This document shows positions 9,031 to 18,349 of a stretch of DNA of 64,000 bases, piece after piece (positions within the stretch are counted from its first letter, which is position 1; every line of letters begins with the position of its first letter). The stretch comes from Chitinophaga pinensis (GTDB taxonomy: Bacteria > Bacteroidota > Bacteroidia > UKL13-3): contig CAMBSD010000006.1 in assembly GCA_945870425.1 (NCBI GenBank), positions 69,735 through 133,734 on the forward strand, read 5' to 3'. The translations under genes and the position numbers were made by a program. The notes below the pieces were generated by a model, which was not told the DNA's origin, did no database searches, and saw only the letters and a program-made list of their open reading frames with translations.

Positions 9031-9456
9031 ATGGATAAAGTTAAATTATTAAAAGCATATTCAGAAACGGAGTATATAATTCCTGAGTTAGACATAACAA
9101 TAAGGATAGGAGAAAAAAATAAGCTTTTAGATATCATTCAACATAAATATTTCTCTAATAATTGGGCATTTGTTTCAGCTGAAAACCCAAGGTCTAGTTT
9201 ACTTTCTGACGAAGAGAATAGTCAAAGATCAGTTATGTTGGAAAATGCGATAATGCAATTAGACAGACCATATTTTATTGGTTATGGTAAGGGAAAAGGT
9301 GATTGGAAACCTGAAAAATCTTTTTTGGTTTTAAAAACTTCAAAGATGGAAGCAATTGATATTTTTGGAATTCCATTTGAACAAAATGCTATAGTAATTG
9401 GTCAAATAGGAAAAGCTTCGGAACTATTAGCGATAGACGAAATATTTCAAGGATAA
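9031..9456 (+). CDS. hypothetical protein, DUF3293-like
   Basis: WAFVSAENP ... KPEKSFLV ... FEQNAIV resembles the AF(I/V)TAxNP / EPSF / QNA pattern of DUF3293, recalled from memory. Confidence 0.45.
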   Translation: MDKVKLLKAYSETEYIIPELDITIRIGEKNKLLDIIQHKYFSNNWAFVSAENPRSSLLSDEENSQRSVMLENAIMQLDRPYFIGYGKGKGDWKPEKSFLVLKTSKMEAIDIFGIPFEQNAIVIGQIGKASELLAIDEIFQG

Positions 9457-9597
9457 TTGCAAAAAAAATAGTTGATTTTTCAGTTGGCATTTTCTGATGC
9501 CAAGCTAATATGCATTAGATAGATGTTTTTAGGTAATGCCAACATTTATAATAAGATGAATCCTTATATTTAATACTATACAACACCAACAAAATCT

Positions 9598-9648
9598 TAC
9601 TATCCGTAGTCTTGCGAGCTAGATATTTGCGGGGCGGACTACGGATTT
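9598..9648. repeat. REP hairpin, GTAG family (CTATCCGTAGTC...GACTACGGAT)
   Basis: Perfect 10-bp stem carrying the GTAG tetranucleotide typical of REPs recognised by RAYTs. Shares its left arm with the hairpins at 11175 and 13641. Confidence 0.65.
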
Positions 9649-9697
9649 AATATGAAAAAAGAGTTTGTAACTCGCGTTAAATATTTATTTTTGAGTA

Positions 9698-9793
9698 ATG
9701 TCAGATGCTGGATACCAAATAAGAGACCAATTTGCAGTCCATTTTATTACTTTTTCTGTGGTTGAATGGATAGACGATTTTACAAGAGCATAG
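9698..9793 (+). pseudogene. 5' fragment of a RAYT gene (first 31 codons, then TAG)
   Basis: MSDAGYQIRDQFAVHFITFSVVEWIDDFTRA* is nearly identical at the nucleotide level to the start of the intact gene at 10588. It is interrupted where a REP begins. Confidence 0.7.
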
Positions 9794-9799
9794 TATGCT

Positions 9800-9850
9800 C
9801 CGCACTCGCTAGCGTCACGCTAGTGAGCCTATTGGTAGGCCTAAGGCTGT
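9800..9850. repeat. palindromic REP (GCACTCGCTAGCG-TCAC-CGCTAGTGAGC), copy 1
   Basis: Imperfect palindrome. A second copy lies at 10444-10492. Confidence 0.6.
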
Positions 9851-9901
9851 TTTTATAAAGAGTTCAAATGTTTTTGCAAAACAATAATTTATATTTGTAG
9901 T

Positions 9902-10129
9902 ATGATACAGCGTACATATAACTTTGAAAACGAAAAGCAAGCTAAGCAGTTTGACCAATTGTATATAAAAATGAAGCAACATAAGTTAACTGTAGAAGAT
10001 GCAACGTTTGGTATTGGTAGGACGGCTACCAATAAGGAGTTGATTGATTTTTTTGATGAAGAAGATATAGGAGAAGATTTGTTTTTAGACCAAGCAATTG
10101 AAAGGATAAAATCAAATTTTAACCACTGA
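9902..10129 (+). CDS. putative antitoxin-like small protein
   Basis: 75 aa. Its stop overlaps the start of the next ORF (TGATG). Calling it an antitoxin is an inference from the pairing. Confidence 0.35.
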   Translation: MIQRTYNFENEKQAKQFDQLYIKMKQHKLTVEDATFGIGRTATNKELIDFFDEEDIGEDLFLDQAIERIKSNFNH

Positions 10130-10413
10130 TGGAAGTAATAATTAAACCGAAAGCCCAAAAAGCATTAAGTTTGATTGCCACGTTTGTAGAGGAGAGAAAT
10201 ACACCTCAGAGTGGTTTGCGTTATATTGAAAAATTTGCTTCTAAAATAAAAATATACGCTAAAGAAAATGTTCAATACTCGTTGTGTAATAATATTACAC
10301 TTTCCACCCTTGGATATTCATGCATAACAATAAGTAAATGGGTTGTGGTTTTTAAAATACAAAATCAAAAATTTGTTGTTTATCGTATTATTTGGGGTGC
10401 TTTGTTAAATTGA
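10129..10413 (+). CDS. putative RelE/ParE-like toxin
   Basis: 94 aa. The C-terminal KWVVVFKIQNQKFVVYRIIWGA resembles the beta-strand core of RelE/ParE. Its overlap with the upstream small ORF is typical of TA pairs. Confidence 0.35.
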   Translation: MEVIIKPKAQKALSLIATFVEERNTPQSGLRYIEKFASKIKIYAKENVQYSLCNNITLSTLGYSCITISKWVVVFKIQNQKFVVYRIIWGALLN

Positions 10414-10443
10414 TTTGTTAAAAGTTTATTTCAGCACTCGCTA

Positions 10444-10492
10444 GCGTCCCGCTAGTGAGCCTATTGATAAGCCTCTGGCTGTTTTTTACTTA
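10444..10492. repeat. palindromic REP (GCACTCGCTAGCG-TCCC-GCTAGTGAGC), copy 2
   Basis: Paralogue of 9800-9850. Confidence 0.6.
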
Positions 10493-10502
10493 CTATTCGT
10501 CT

Positions 10503-10548
10503 TGCGAGCCAGATACTAGCGGGGCTGACTACGGATTTAAAATGAAAG
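10503..10548. repeat. degenerate copy of the GTAG-family hairpin (..TTGCGAGCCAGATACTAGCGGGGCTGACTACGGAT)
   Basis: Right arm and loop are conserved with 9598-9648. The left arm has eroded. Confidence 0.5.
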
Positions 10549-10587
10549 AAGAGTTTGTAACTCGCGTTAAATATTTATTTTTGAGTA

Positions 10588-11145
10588 ATGTCAGATGCTG
10601 GATACCAAGTAAGAGACCAATTTGCAGTCCATTTTATTACTTTTTCTGTGGTTGAATGGATAGACGTTTTTACAAGAGCGCAGTATGCTGATATTGTAGT
10701 TGACAGTTTGAGAAATTGCCAGTTAAATAAGGCTTTAAACGTGCATGCTTGGTGTTTAATGAGTAATCATATTCATTTAATCGTTTCAACTAATGAACCA
10801 ATAACGCTTTCAGAAGTATTGAGGGATTTTAAAAAGTTTACCTCATCTAGTATTATTAAAGCTATTGAAACAAATACAAAAGAAAGCAGAAAAAATTGGA
10901 TGCTTTGGATATTTAAAAAAGCTGGAGAGAAAAATGAAAGAAATAAAGATTATCAATTTTGGCAACAAGAAAATCATCCAATAGAATGTTCAACTAATGA
11001 AATATTGCAATCAAAAATAAAATACTTGCATGAAAATCCTGTGAGAGCTGGGTTAGTAAGAAATGAAAGTGATTATGTGTATTCAAGTGGGATTGATTAT
11101 TACACAAATGAAAAAGGATTAATTGAAATTGATTTTATTTACTAA
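10588..11145 (+). CDS. REP-associated tyrosine transposase (RAYT; IS200-like HuH Y1 transposase)
   Basis: 185 aa with an HuH motif (SNHIHLIV) and the C-terminal Tyr motif region KYLHENPVRAGLV. It is flanked by GTAG-containing REP hairpins. Confidence 0.72.
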   Translation: MSDAGYQVRDQFAVHFITFSVVEWIDVFTRAQYADIVVDSLRNCQLNKALNVHAWCLMSNHIHLIVSTNEPITLSEVLRDFKKFTSSSIIKAIETNTKESRKNWMLWIFKKAGEKNERNKDYQFWQQENHPIECSTNEILQSKIKYLHENPVRAGLVRNESDYVYSSGIDYYTNEKGLIEIDFIY

Positions 11146-11174
11146 CCCGTGACGGAGACACTACTATTCATAAT

Positions 11175-11210
11175 ATATCCGTAGAGCGCTTCGCTAACTC
11201 TACGGATAGT
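11175..11210. repeat. REP hairpin, GTAG family (TATCCGTAGAG-CGCTTCGCTAA-CTCTACGGATA)
   Basis: 11-bp perfect stem with an 11-nt loop, lying between the convergent RAYT and TonB-receptor genes. It may also act as a bidirectional terminator. Confidence 0.65.
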
Positions 11211-11305
11211 TGTGGATATTTAAGAGTTGATTTGTTTCACGATGCAGTTTATGAGTTAGCGCTTAGAAAAAAAGTGTTAGTCTTTTATATTGGCAAGCCA
11301 ATAAA

Positions 11306-13489
11306 TTAAAATTTTACTCCAAAACTTAAATAAAAAGTCCTTCCATTTCCGGGTAATAAACCCGGTCCAGGGTAACCGTTCGATCTGCGAGTAGCATAGG
11401 CTTCGTCAGCTAAATTATTTACTCCAGATTTAATATTACAATTTTTTAAAAATACGTAAGCACAAGATAAGTCCATTACTTTATAGCCTTCTATTTTTCC
11501 TATTTGATAAGTGGTGTTTGGTAGCTCGGTGTTTAATGCATCTGTATATATCTCACTTGAGCTACTGTAAAGAAAAGTAGAAGTAAATGTTTTGTAAGTA
11601 TATGTTAAACCCATTCTATTTATATTTCTTGGTGCATTTTCAACCTGTTTTCCATTATAACTTTTTGTTGGATCTGTTTCTTTAGAGTTTACATATTTAG
11701 CATCAATAAATGAGTTTGAAGTAAACAAACTGATGCTTCCCCATTTTGGATTTTCGTTCCATATTTTAAATGGATTTATTTCAATAAATGATTCAATTCC
11801 TTGGCTTACCGACTGGCCTATATTGGTTTTAAAATTTGCTCCATTTTGTAAGATTGTTCCAACTCTATTGTCGTAGTTTAAATAAAACATGCCAACATCA
11901 AAATTTAAAAAGTTTTTAACCATTCCTCTGTATCCAAAATCGGCATTTAAACCTTTTGCATCTTTCAGATTTGGATCTATAATTTCATCTGCATTTGAAG
12001 GTGTAAATTCTGAAAAAGTAACTGGACGATAAGCTTGTGAAATATTAGCATAAATATTAGTCTTAGTACTTATTAAATATTCAGAGCCAATTCCTGCTAA
12101 CAAAATATTTCTATAACTAGTTTGTGGTACTATAGAACTAGTATTACTGTTAATTGTTCCTTCTATTTTATTGTAAATATTCTCAAAACGAACGCCCGGT
12201 ATCACTTTAAATTTATTGGTAATTTGAAAAATATTTTCAGCAAAAAATGCATAATTATTAGTGTTAAATTTTAAATCTGTTACATATTGGTTATTGGTCA
12301 ATGTAATATCAAAATCGGAACCCGAATTACCTGTGCCTTTTTGTTTTCTTTGGGTGTTACCTGCATATGCCCTAACTCCGCTTGCTAATGTATGACTTTG
12401 TTTAAATAATTTATACTTATACGATAACCTAGCTTCAGTGCCAATGTTTTGATAAAAATCTCTATCTACCCTTCGTAAATTATAAGCCAATGTTAGTGGA
12501 TTGATAATGTCTATAATATTTATAGCACTCAAATTTCCAACGCTGTTTCTTTCGCTCATACTTGTAAAAGTTTTTATAATCAAACTAACCTTAGGTGATA
12601 TATCATATTTAATAGTTAAAGCTGCTACATTCCATGGTGTTCCAATCCAGTTTCTTGCTCTGTTCGATAATGGTGAATTGGTTTTTAACTGAATATCGGT
12701 TAATCCACCAGGTTGTTGACTCGAATTTTCCATATTGGTATATTCAAGTGCTATATTTAATTTTTTGGTAAATTGATAGTTGGCCGAAACAAAAAAAGTC
12801 CTAGTATTATATCTGCTATTTTGCCTCCAACCATCAGCTTGTCTATCGTGTAAAAACACATAATAATTTAGTTTTTTTATAGTGCCACCTATTGCCGAAT
12901 AGAAATTGGCCAAACCATAACTTCCAAATGTCACTTGTTCTTCTACACTTAATTTTTTAGTAGCATGACCTTGTTTTATTTCGTAGTTTAACAAACCACC
13001 AAACTGAGTTCCATACTGCAGCGAAGAAGCTCCTCTCACAATTTCTATTTTTGATAAAGATTCTGTAGGTGGAGTATAATAAGATTCAGGGTATCCAAAT
13101 GCTTCTGAGCTAATATCATATCCATTTTGCCTAACATTAAATTCCCAAGACCTGTTTGCACTTAAACCCCTTGTTGAAATATTTGTTTGAATTCCTGACC
13201 CATCGTTTTCCCAAATGTTCAACCCAGGAACTTTACTGAAAATTTGTCGTGTATTGTTTATACTTAAATCTGCATTTATTTTATCTAATATAATTACTTC
13301 CGATTTCTTTCCTGCATAAATAACATTGTCTTTAATTTCAGGCATTCTTTCTATACCTCCAATATTTTTTTGCTCATGAATTATTAATTCATTTAGGAGA
13401 GTAGTTTTAGTAGTATCGCCATTTTGAGACTGTCCTTTTGTATTAATTGCAAATAGAATCGTGGCAATTAAAATGAACTTAACTTTCAT
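11306..13489 (-). CDS. TonB-dependent outer-membrane receptor
   Basis: 727 aa with a signal peptide, an N-terminal plug region, a beta-barrel body and a terminal aromatic residue (..SFGVKF). Confidence 0.8.
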   Translation of the reverse strand: MKVKFILIATILFAINTKGQSQNGDTTKTTLLNELIIHEQKNIGGIERMPEIKDNVIYAGKKSEVIILDKINADLSINNTRQIFSKVPGLNIWENDGSGIQTNISTRGLSANRSWEFNVRQNGYDISSEAFGYPESYYTPPTESLSKIEIVRGASSLQYGTQFGGLLNYEIKQGHATKKLSVEEQVTFGSYGLANFYSAIGGTIKKLNYYVFLHDRQADGWRQNSRYNTRTFFVSANYQFTKKLNIALEYTNMENSSQQPGGLTDIQLKTNSPLSNRARNWIGTPWNVAALTIKYDISPKVSLIIKTFTSMSERNSVGNLSAINIIDIINPLTLAYNLRRVDRDFYQNIGTEARLSYKYKLFKQSHTLASGVRAYAGNTQRKQKGTGNSGSDFDITLTNNQYVTDLKFNTNNYAFFAENIFQITNKFKVIPGVRFENIYNKIEGTINSNTSSIVPQTSYRNILLAGIGSEYLISTKTNIYANISQAYRPVTFSEFTPSNADEIIDPNLKDAKGLNADFGYRGMVKNFLNFDVGMFYLNYDNRVGTILQNGANFKTNIGQSVSQGIESFIEINPFKIWNENPKWGSISLFTSNSFIDAKYVNSKETDPTKSYNGKQVENAPRNINRMGLTYTYKTFTSTFLYSSSSEIYTDALNTELPNTTYQIGKIEGYKVMDLSCAYVFLKNCNIKSGVNNLADEAYATRRSNGYPGPGLLPGNGRTFYLSFGVKF

Positions 13490-13640
13490 TGTTTAAATAT
13501 TGATTTGAGTGCTGCAACAATATTATTTAGAATTATTCTAAACAATGATTAAAGTTACCGAATTGATTTACTTTTTTTCTTTTGTATGCTATCACTTGTT
13601 AATCAATATTTTATATCTTTTTAGTGTTTAAAACCTCTTA

Positions 13641-13675
13641 CTATCCGGAGAGCGCTTCGCTAACTCTACGGATAG
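13641..13675. repeat. REP hairpin, GTAG family, second copy (CTATCCGGAGAG-CGCTTCGCTAA-CTCTACGGATAG)
   Basis: Same loop and right arm as 11175-11210. The left arm has one mismatch (GGAG where the other copy has GTAG). Confidence 0.65.
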
Positions 13676-13756
13676 TTGTTGTGTTTGGGATGTAATGAAA
13701 AATAAGATTCCAGAAATGCACGAGCAAATTACTGCATTTTTGGATAAAGAGTAAAA

Positions 13757-15190
13757 CTATTGCCAGCCACCTCCCAAGGCTTTATAAACATTTACAGATG
13801 AATTATATTGTCGTTTTTTAGTTGCAATCAATTCTAATTTTGATTGTAGTGCAGTTCTTTGGGTCATTAATACTTCATAATAGTTGGCGCGTCCTGATTT
13901 AAACAAATCAGAAGCGATGTCAATTGAAGTATCAAGCATAGCAACTTCTTTAGATTTTAATACATAAATATTTTCTAAGTTATGTATGTTAGACAATTCA
14001 TTAGCAACTTCTATGTAAGCATTTAAGATTGTTTTTTGATATTGAAACAAAGCCTCTAATTGATATGCTTTAGCATTATTAAACTGCGCTTTTATGGCAC
14101 TTCTATTTATTAGAGGAGCTGTTAAATTACCCAAAACGCCATAGGCTATGGATTGTGGTGTAGAGAACAAAAATTCTGTATTGAACGATTGAAATCCAGC
14201 ATTACCAGTAATAACAAAAGATGGATAAAAAGCCGCTTTGGCTGCTTTAACATTCATTTTTGATGCCAATAAATCAAATTCAGATTTTTTAATATCTGGT
14301 CTGTTTTTGAGCAAGTGGCTGGGCAAACCAGCCTTAATTATCGGGGCAAATTGTGTATTAAAACTTAACTTATCACGAGTAATTGTTTGTGGGAATCTAC
14401 CAAGTAAAAAATTTAGTTTATTTTCATTTTCTTTAATTTTTTGTAGTAGTTCATAAGCTAAACTTTTTGCATTTAATACTTGTGCTTCAAATTGTTTAAT
14501 GGCTAATTCATTTGCAACTCCTGCTTGTTTTTGAACTTTATAAATCTCCAAAACATTTTCTTGAATTTTTATTGTAGAATCAATGATATTTAGCTCTACA
14601 TCTAATGCAACAAGATCATAATACGTGTTGGCAATTTCGGCTATAAAGTTTGTTTTCACTAAATTTACTCCTTCAACACTGCTCAAGTATCTGGTAAAGG
14701 CCGCTTTTTTTTTATTTCTTAATTTGCCCCAAATATCTATTTCCCAATTAGCTTGAAGACCCACCAAATAATCTGGTAAATGCATAGGAATAAGTTGCCC
14801 TGGTCTAATTTCTGTTACCCTATTTCCTGCATCATCCATTGTGTAGTATCCAAATTTTCTTTGTAAATATGAAAAATTTGCATTCACTGTTGGTAACAAC
14901 GCTCCTTTACTTAATCTTAAATCGTTTCTAGCTACCTCAATTTTTTGTAAAGTCATCAAAATATCAAAGTTGTTTGCCAAGGCTGTATCAATAAGTACTA
15001 CTAGGTTTTTATCTAAGAAAAAATCTTTCCATTTTATGTCAGCTGAATTTATGCTATCACTTTTTTGGGAATAAGAAGTAGGAATTTTTTTTTGATCGAT
15101 AGTAATTTTATTAGGCGAAGTTTTACATCCAAAGCATAAAATTAGTACAGATAAAATAGTTATAAATGTGTTTATCTTAAATAGTGTCAT
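13757..15190 (-). CDS. RND efflux outer-membrane factor (TolC/NodT family)
   Basis: 477 aa with a lipoprotein-type signal and the ALGGGW C-terminal motif. Its start overlaps the AcrB-like gene by 14 nt. Confidence 0.8.
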   Translation of the reverse strand: MTLFKINTFITILSVLILCFGCKTSPNKITIDQKKIPTSYSQKSDSINSADIKWKDFFLDKNLVVLIDTALANNFDILMTLQKIEVARNDLRLSKGALLPTVNANFSYLQRKFGYYTMDDAGNRVTEIRPGQLIPMHLPDYLVGLQANWEIDIWGKLRNKKKAAFTRYLSSVEGVNLVKTNFIAEIANTYYDLVALDVELNIIDSTIKIQENVLEIYKVQKQAGVANELAIKQFEAQVLNAKSLAYELLQKIKENENKLNFLLGRFPQTITRDKLSFNTQFAPIIKAGLPSHLLKNRPDIKKSEFDLLASKMNVKAAKAAFYPSFVITGNAGFQSFNTEFLFSTPQSIAYGVLGNLTAPLINRSAIKAQFNNAKAYQLEALFQYQKTILNAYIEVANELSNIHNLENIYVLKSKEVAMLDTSIDIASDLFKSGRANYYEVLMTQRTALQSKLELIATKKRQYNSSVNVYKALGGGWQ

Positions 15191-18100
15191 GTTGATTTAT
15201 TTCTTCAGTTAAGGGATTTTTTTCAATGGCTTTGGACTTCATAGATTTGTTTGAAATGCTTTCGAATATGAAATATAAACCTGGAATGATGAGAACACCA
15301 AACACGGTACCAAAAAGCATTCCACCTGCCGATGCTGCCCCAATGGTTTTATTGCCTATGGCTCCAGCCCCACTTGCGAAAAGCAATGGAAGTAAACCAG
15401 CAATGAAAGCGAAAGATGTCATTAATATGGGCCTTAGCCTGAGTGTTGCCCCTTCTATTGCTGCTTTATAAGGCGAAAGGCCTTCTCTGTTTTTTTGTAC
15501 TGCAAATTCTACAATTAGTACAGCATTTTTGCCCAATAGTCCAATCAGCATTACCATGGCAACTTGAGCATATATATTATTTTCTAATCCAAAAATGGAC
15601 AAGAGAAATAGGGCACCAAAAATACCAGGTGGCAAAGAAAGAATAATGGGTAATGGTAGAATAAAACTTTCATATTGTGCTGCTAAAATAAGGTACACAA
15701 ATAGGAGGCAAATTAAGAAAATGTAAATGGCTTCATTACCGGCATTAGCTTGTTCTTTTGATGATCCAGCCCAATCAAATCCATAGCCTTGTGGTAGCTT
15801 TTCTTTTGCCACTTCTTTAATTGCATCAATGGCTTGACCACTGCTGAAACCAGTTTGAGGTTCACCATTAACCATTGCCGATGGATACATATTATACCTT
15901 GTAACTTGCTCTGGTCCATAAACTTTCTGAATGCTTAGAATAGAAGAAATGGCCACCATATTTCCATCGCGATTTTTTACACTCAGTTTTAATAGGTCTT
16001 CGGGTTTGGCTCTGTATTCAGGTGCAGCTTGTACCATTACTTTATACATTTGTCCAAACTGTATAAAATTAGTGGCATAATCACTACCTAAAAATGTTTG
16101 CAAGGTGTTTAGAACATCTCTAATTACTACACCTTTTTGTGCTGCCTTTGTATTGTCTATATTGATTAAATATTGAGGAAAGCTAGCATCGAATGATGAA
16201 AAGGTATTTTTTATTTCAGCACGTTTATTTAGTTCAGCAGAAAAATTGTGTGCAATTTCTTCCATTCTTTTCAAATCGCCCTTTCCGGTTTTATCTAAAA
16301 TGCGCAATTCAAATCCGCTTGAATTGCCATAGCCTGGAACAGGTGGAGGGGTAAAGAATTCAATCTTAGCATCCTTGATATGTTTAGTTTTCTCTTTTAA
16401 AATCGCAATGATATTCTGGTCGGTTTTTTTATGGTCGCTCCAGTTTTTTAAACTCATTAGTTTCATTCCATAAGAGGCACCTGTACCATCAGTTACAAAA
16501 TTATATCCCACCAAACTAGAAACGGATGCAATTTCTTCAATTTGAGATGCAACAGTTTGAATTTCATTTAATACTTCTTCAGTACGTTCCAAAGTGGCTC
16601 CTGATGGCGTTGTTATACTCGCGTAAATAGTTCCCTGATCTTCATTAGGAATAAATCCTGAAGGTAAGAAACGAGCAATACCATATGTGAATAAACAAAA
16701 AACAACTAAGGCAACTGTGGTAAGCACTCGCCTGTTAACAATGTTTTTTAAAACGTTTTTATACTTAGAGGCCAACTTTTTATAATTATTATTGAAGGCA
16801 TTGATAAAAGAATTTAAGACATTTTTTTTCTTAGTTTTACCATGTGTATTTTTAAGCATCATCGCACACAATGCTGGAGTTAAAGTTAATGCACTAATCC
16901 CTGATAATACAATAGATATAGCCAATGTTACCGAGAACTGCCGATAAAAAATTCCTACCGGTCCGCTCATAAACGCTACAGGTATAAATACTGCCGACAT
17001 TACTAAGGTAATGGCTATAATCGCGCCACCAATTTCTTTCATTGCTAATTCAGTTGCCTCTTTTGCATCCAAATGATGCTCTTCCATTTTAGCATGCACA
17101 GCCTCTACAACTACAATGGCATTATCTACCACAATACCTATTGCAAGTACCAATGCAAAAAGTGTAATGAGATTGATGGAAAAACCGAATAGCTGCATAA
17201 AAAAGAAGGTGCCAATCAAAGATACCGGTACTGCAATAGCGGGAATTAAGGTTGAACGAAAATCCCCAAGAAAAATAAATACAATTAAAGCTACTAATAA
17301 GAAGGCTTCAAATAATGTTTTTAATACCTCATGAATAGAGGCATCTAAAAAGCTTGATACATCGTAACTTGTTGTATAAGTTACACCAGCAGGAAAACTT
17401 TTTTGCAATTCTTCCATCTTTGTTTTGATGTTTTTAATGACATCGCTTGCATTGCTTCCTGGCCTTTGCTTTAATACAATTGCTGCTGATGGATTGCCGT
17501 TTTCTTTTGAAAGCACATCATAATCCAAAGAGCCAAACTCAATTTCAGCAATTTCCTTTAAGTGTAATATTTGCCCTTCGGTATTTCTCTTTATCACAAC
17601 ATTTTCATATTGCTCTTTTGTATTGTACTTACCCGAATATTTGATAACATATTGTAACGATTGTTCTTTTTTGCCAGAACTTTCACCCACCTTACCAGGA
17701 GCAGCTTCTACATTTTGCTCTTTTAAACTTTGCACTACATCTTCTGAAGATATTTCATAGTTGTTCATTTTTATTGGGTTCAACCAAATCCGCATGGCAT
17801 ATTCTCGTTGTCCCATTATATCAGCAAAGCCTACACCCTCAATGCGTTTTAGTTCAGGTAATATATTGATATCAGTATAATTATATAAAAACTTTTCATC
17901 TAGGTTTTCATCTGTACTAAGAAGGTTTAAATACAGAAGCATGCTGTTTTGAACTTTCTCTACTATGACACCAGATTTGATAACCTCTTCTGGCAACTCA
18001 TCAAGCACTGAGGCAGCTCTATTTTGCACATTTACGGCAGCAATTTCAGGATCCGTTCCTGCCTTAAAAACAATATTGATTACACTTGTTCCGTCATTTC

Positions 18101-18347
18101 CAGATACGGATGACATGTATGCCATTCCAGGAACACCATTGATGGCTCTTTCTAATGGAGTAACTACCGCCTTAATACATGATTCAGCATTTGCTCCAGT
18201 ATATTTTGTTGTAACAGTCACCTCAGGTGGTGCAATGTCGGGGAATTGTGTCATTGGCAATTGCGTAATAGCCAATCCTCCTAATATTGTAATTAATAAG
18301 GAAATAACAATGGATAATACAGGTCTTTGAATGAATTGATTATACAT
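15177..18347 (-). CDS. RND multidrug efflux transporter, inner-membrane permease (AcrB/HAE1 family)
   Basis: 1056 aa, begins MYNQFIQRPVLSIVISLLI, has 12 TM segments and two large periplasmic loops. Confidence 0.85.
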   Translation of the reverse strand: MYNQFIQRPVLSIVISLLITILGGLAITQLPMTQFPDIAPPEVTVTTKYTGANAESCIKAVVTPLERAINGVPGMAYMSSVSGNDGTSVINIVFKAGTDPEIAAVNVQNRAASVLDELPEEVIKSGVIVEKVQNSMLLYLNLLSTDENLDEKFLYNYTDINILPELKRIEGVGFADIMGQREYAMRIWLNPIKMNNYEISSEDVVQSLKEQNVEAAPGKVGESSGKKEQSLQYVIKYSGKYNTKEQYENVVIKRNTEGQILHLKEIAEIEFGSLDYDVLSKENGNPSAAIVLKQRPGSNASDVIKNIKTKMEELQKSFPAGVTYTTSYDVSSFLDASIHEVLKTLFEAFLLVALIVFIFLGDFRSTLIPAIAVPVSLIGTFFFMQLFGFSINLITLFALVLAIGIVVDNAIVVVEAVHAKMEEHHLDAKEATELAMKEIGGAIIAITLVMSAVFIPVAFMSGPVGIFYRQFSVTLAISIVLSGISALTLTPALCAMMLKNTHGKTKKKNVLNSFINAFNNNYKKLASKYKNVLKNIVNRRVLTTVALVVFCLFTYGIARFLPSGFIPNEDQGTIYASITTPSGATLERTEEVLNEIQTVASQIEEIASVSSLVGYNFVTDGTGASYGMKLMSLKNWSDHKKTDQNIIAILKEKTKHIKDAKIEFFTPPPVPGYGNSSGFELRILDKTGKGDLKRMEEIAHNFSAELNKRAEIKNTFSSFDASFPQYLINIDNTKAAQKGVVIRDVLNTLQTFLGSDYATNFIQFGQMYKVMVQAAPEYRAKPEDLLKLSVKNRDGNMVAISSILSIQKVYGPEQVTRYNMYPSAMVNGEPQTGFSSGQAIDAIKEVAKEKLPQGYGFDWAGSSKEQANAGNEAIYIFLICLLFVYLILAAQYESFILPLPIILSLPPGIFGALFLLSIFGLENNIYAQVAMVMLIGLLGKNAVLIVEFAVQKNREGLSPYKAAIEGATLRLRPILMTSFAFIAGLLPLLFASGAGAIGNKTIGAASAGGMLFGTVFGVLIIPGLYFIFESISNKSMKSKAIEKNPLTEEINQHDTI

Positions 18348-18349
18348 GG

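Noticed and set aside
10455-10655. 66-aa ORF overlapping the start of RAYT-1
   Set aside because: It is an alternative frame across the hairpin and the RAYT 5' end. The RAYT frame carries the conserved motifs.
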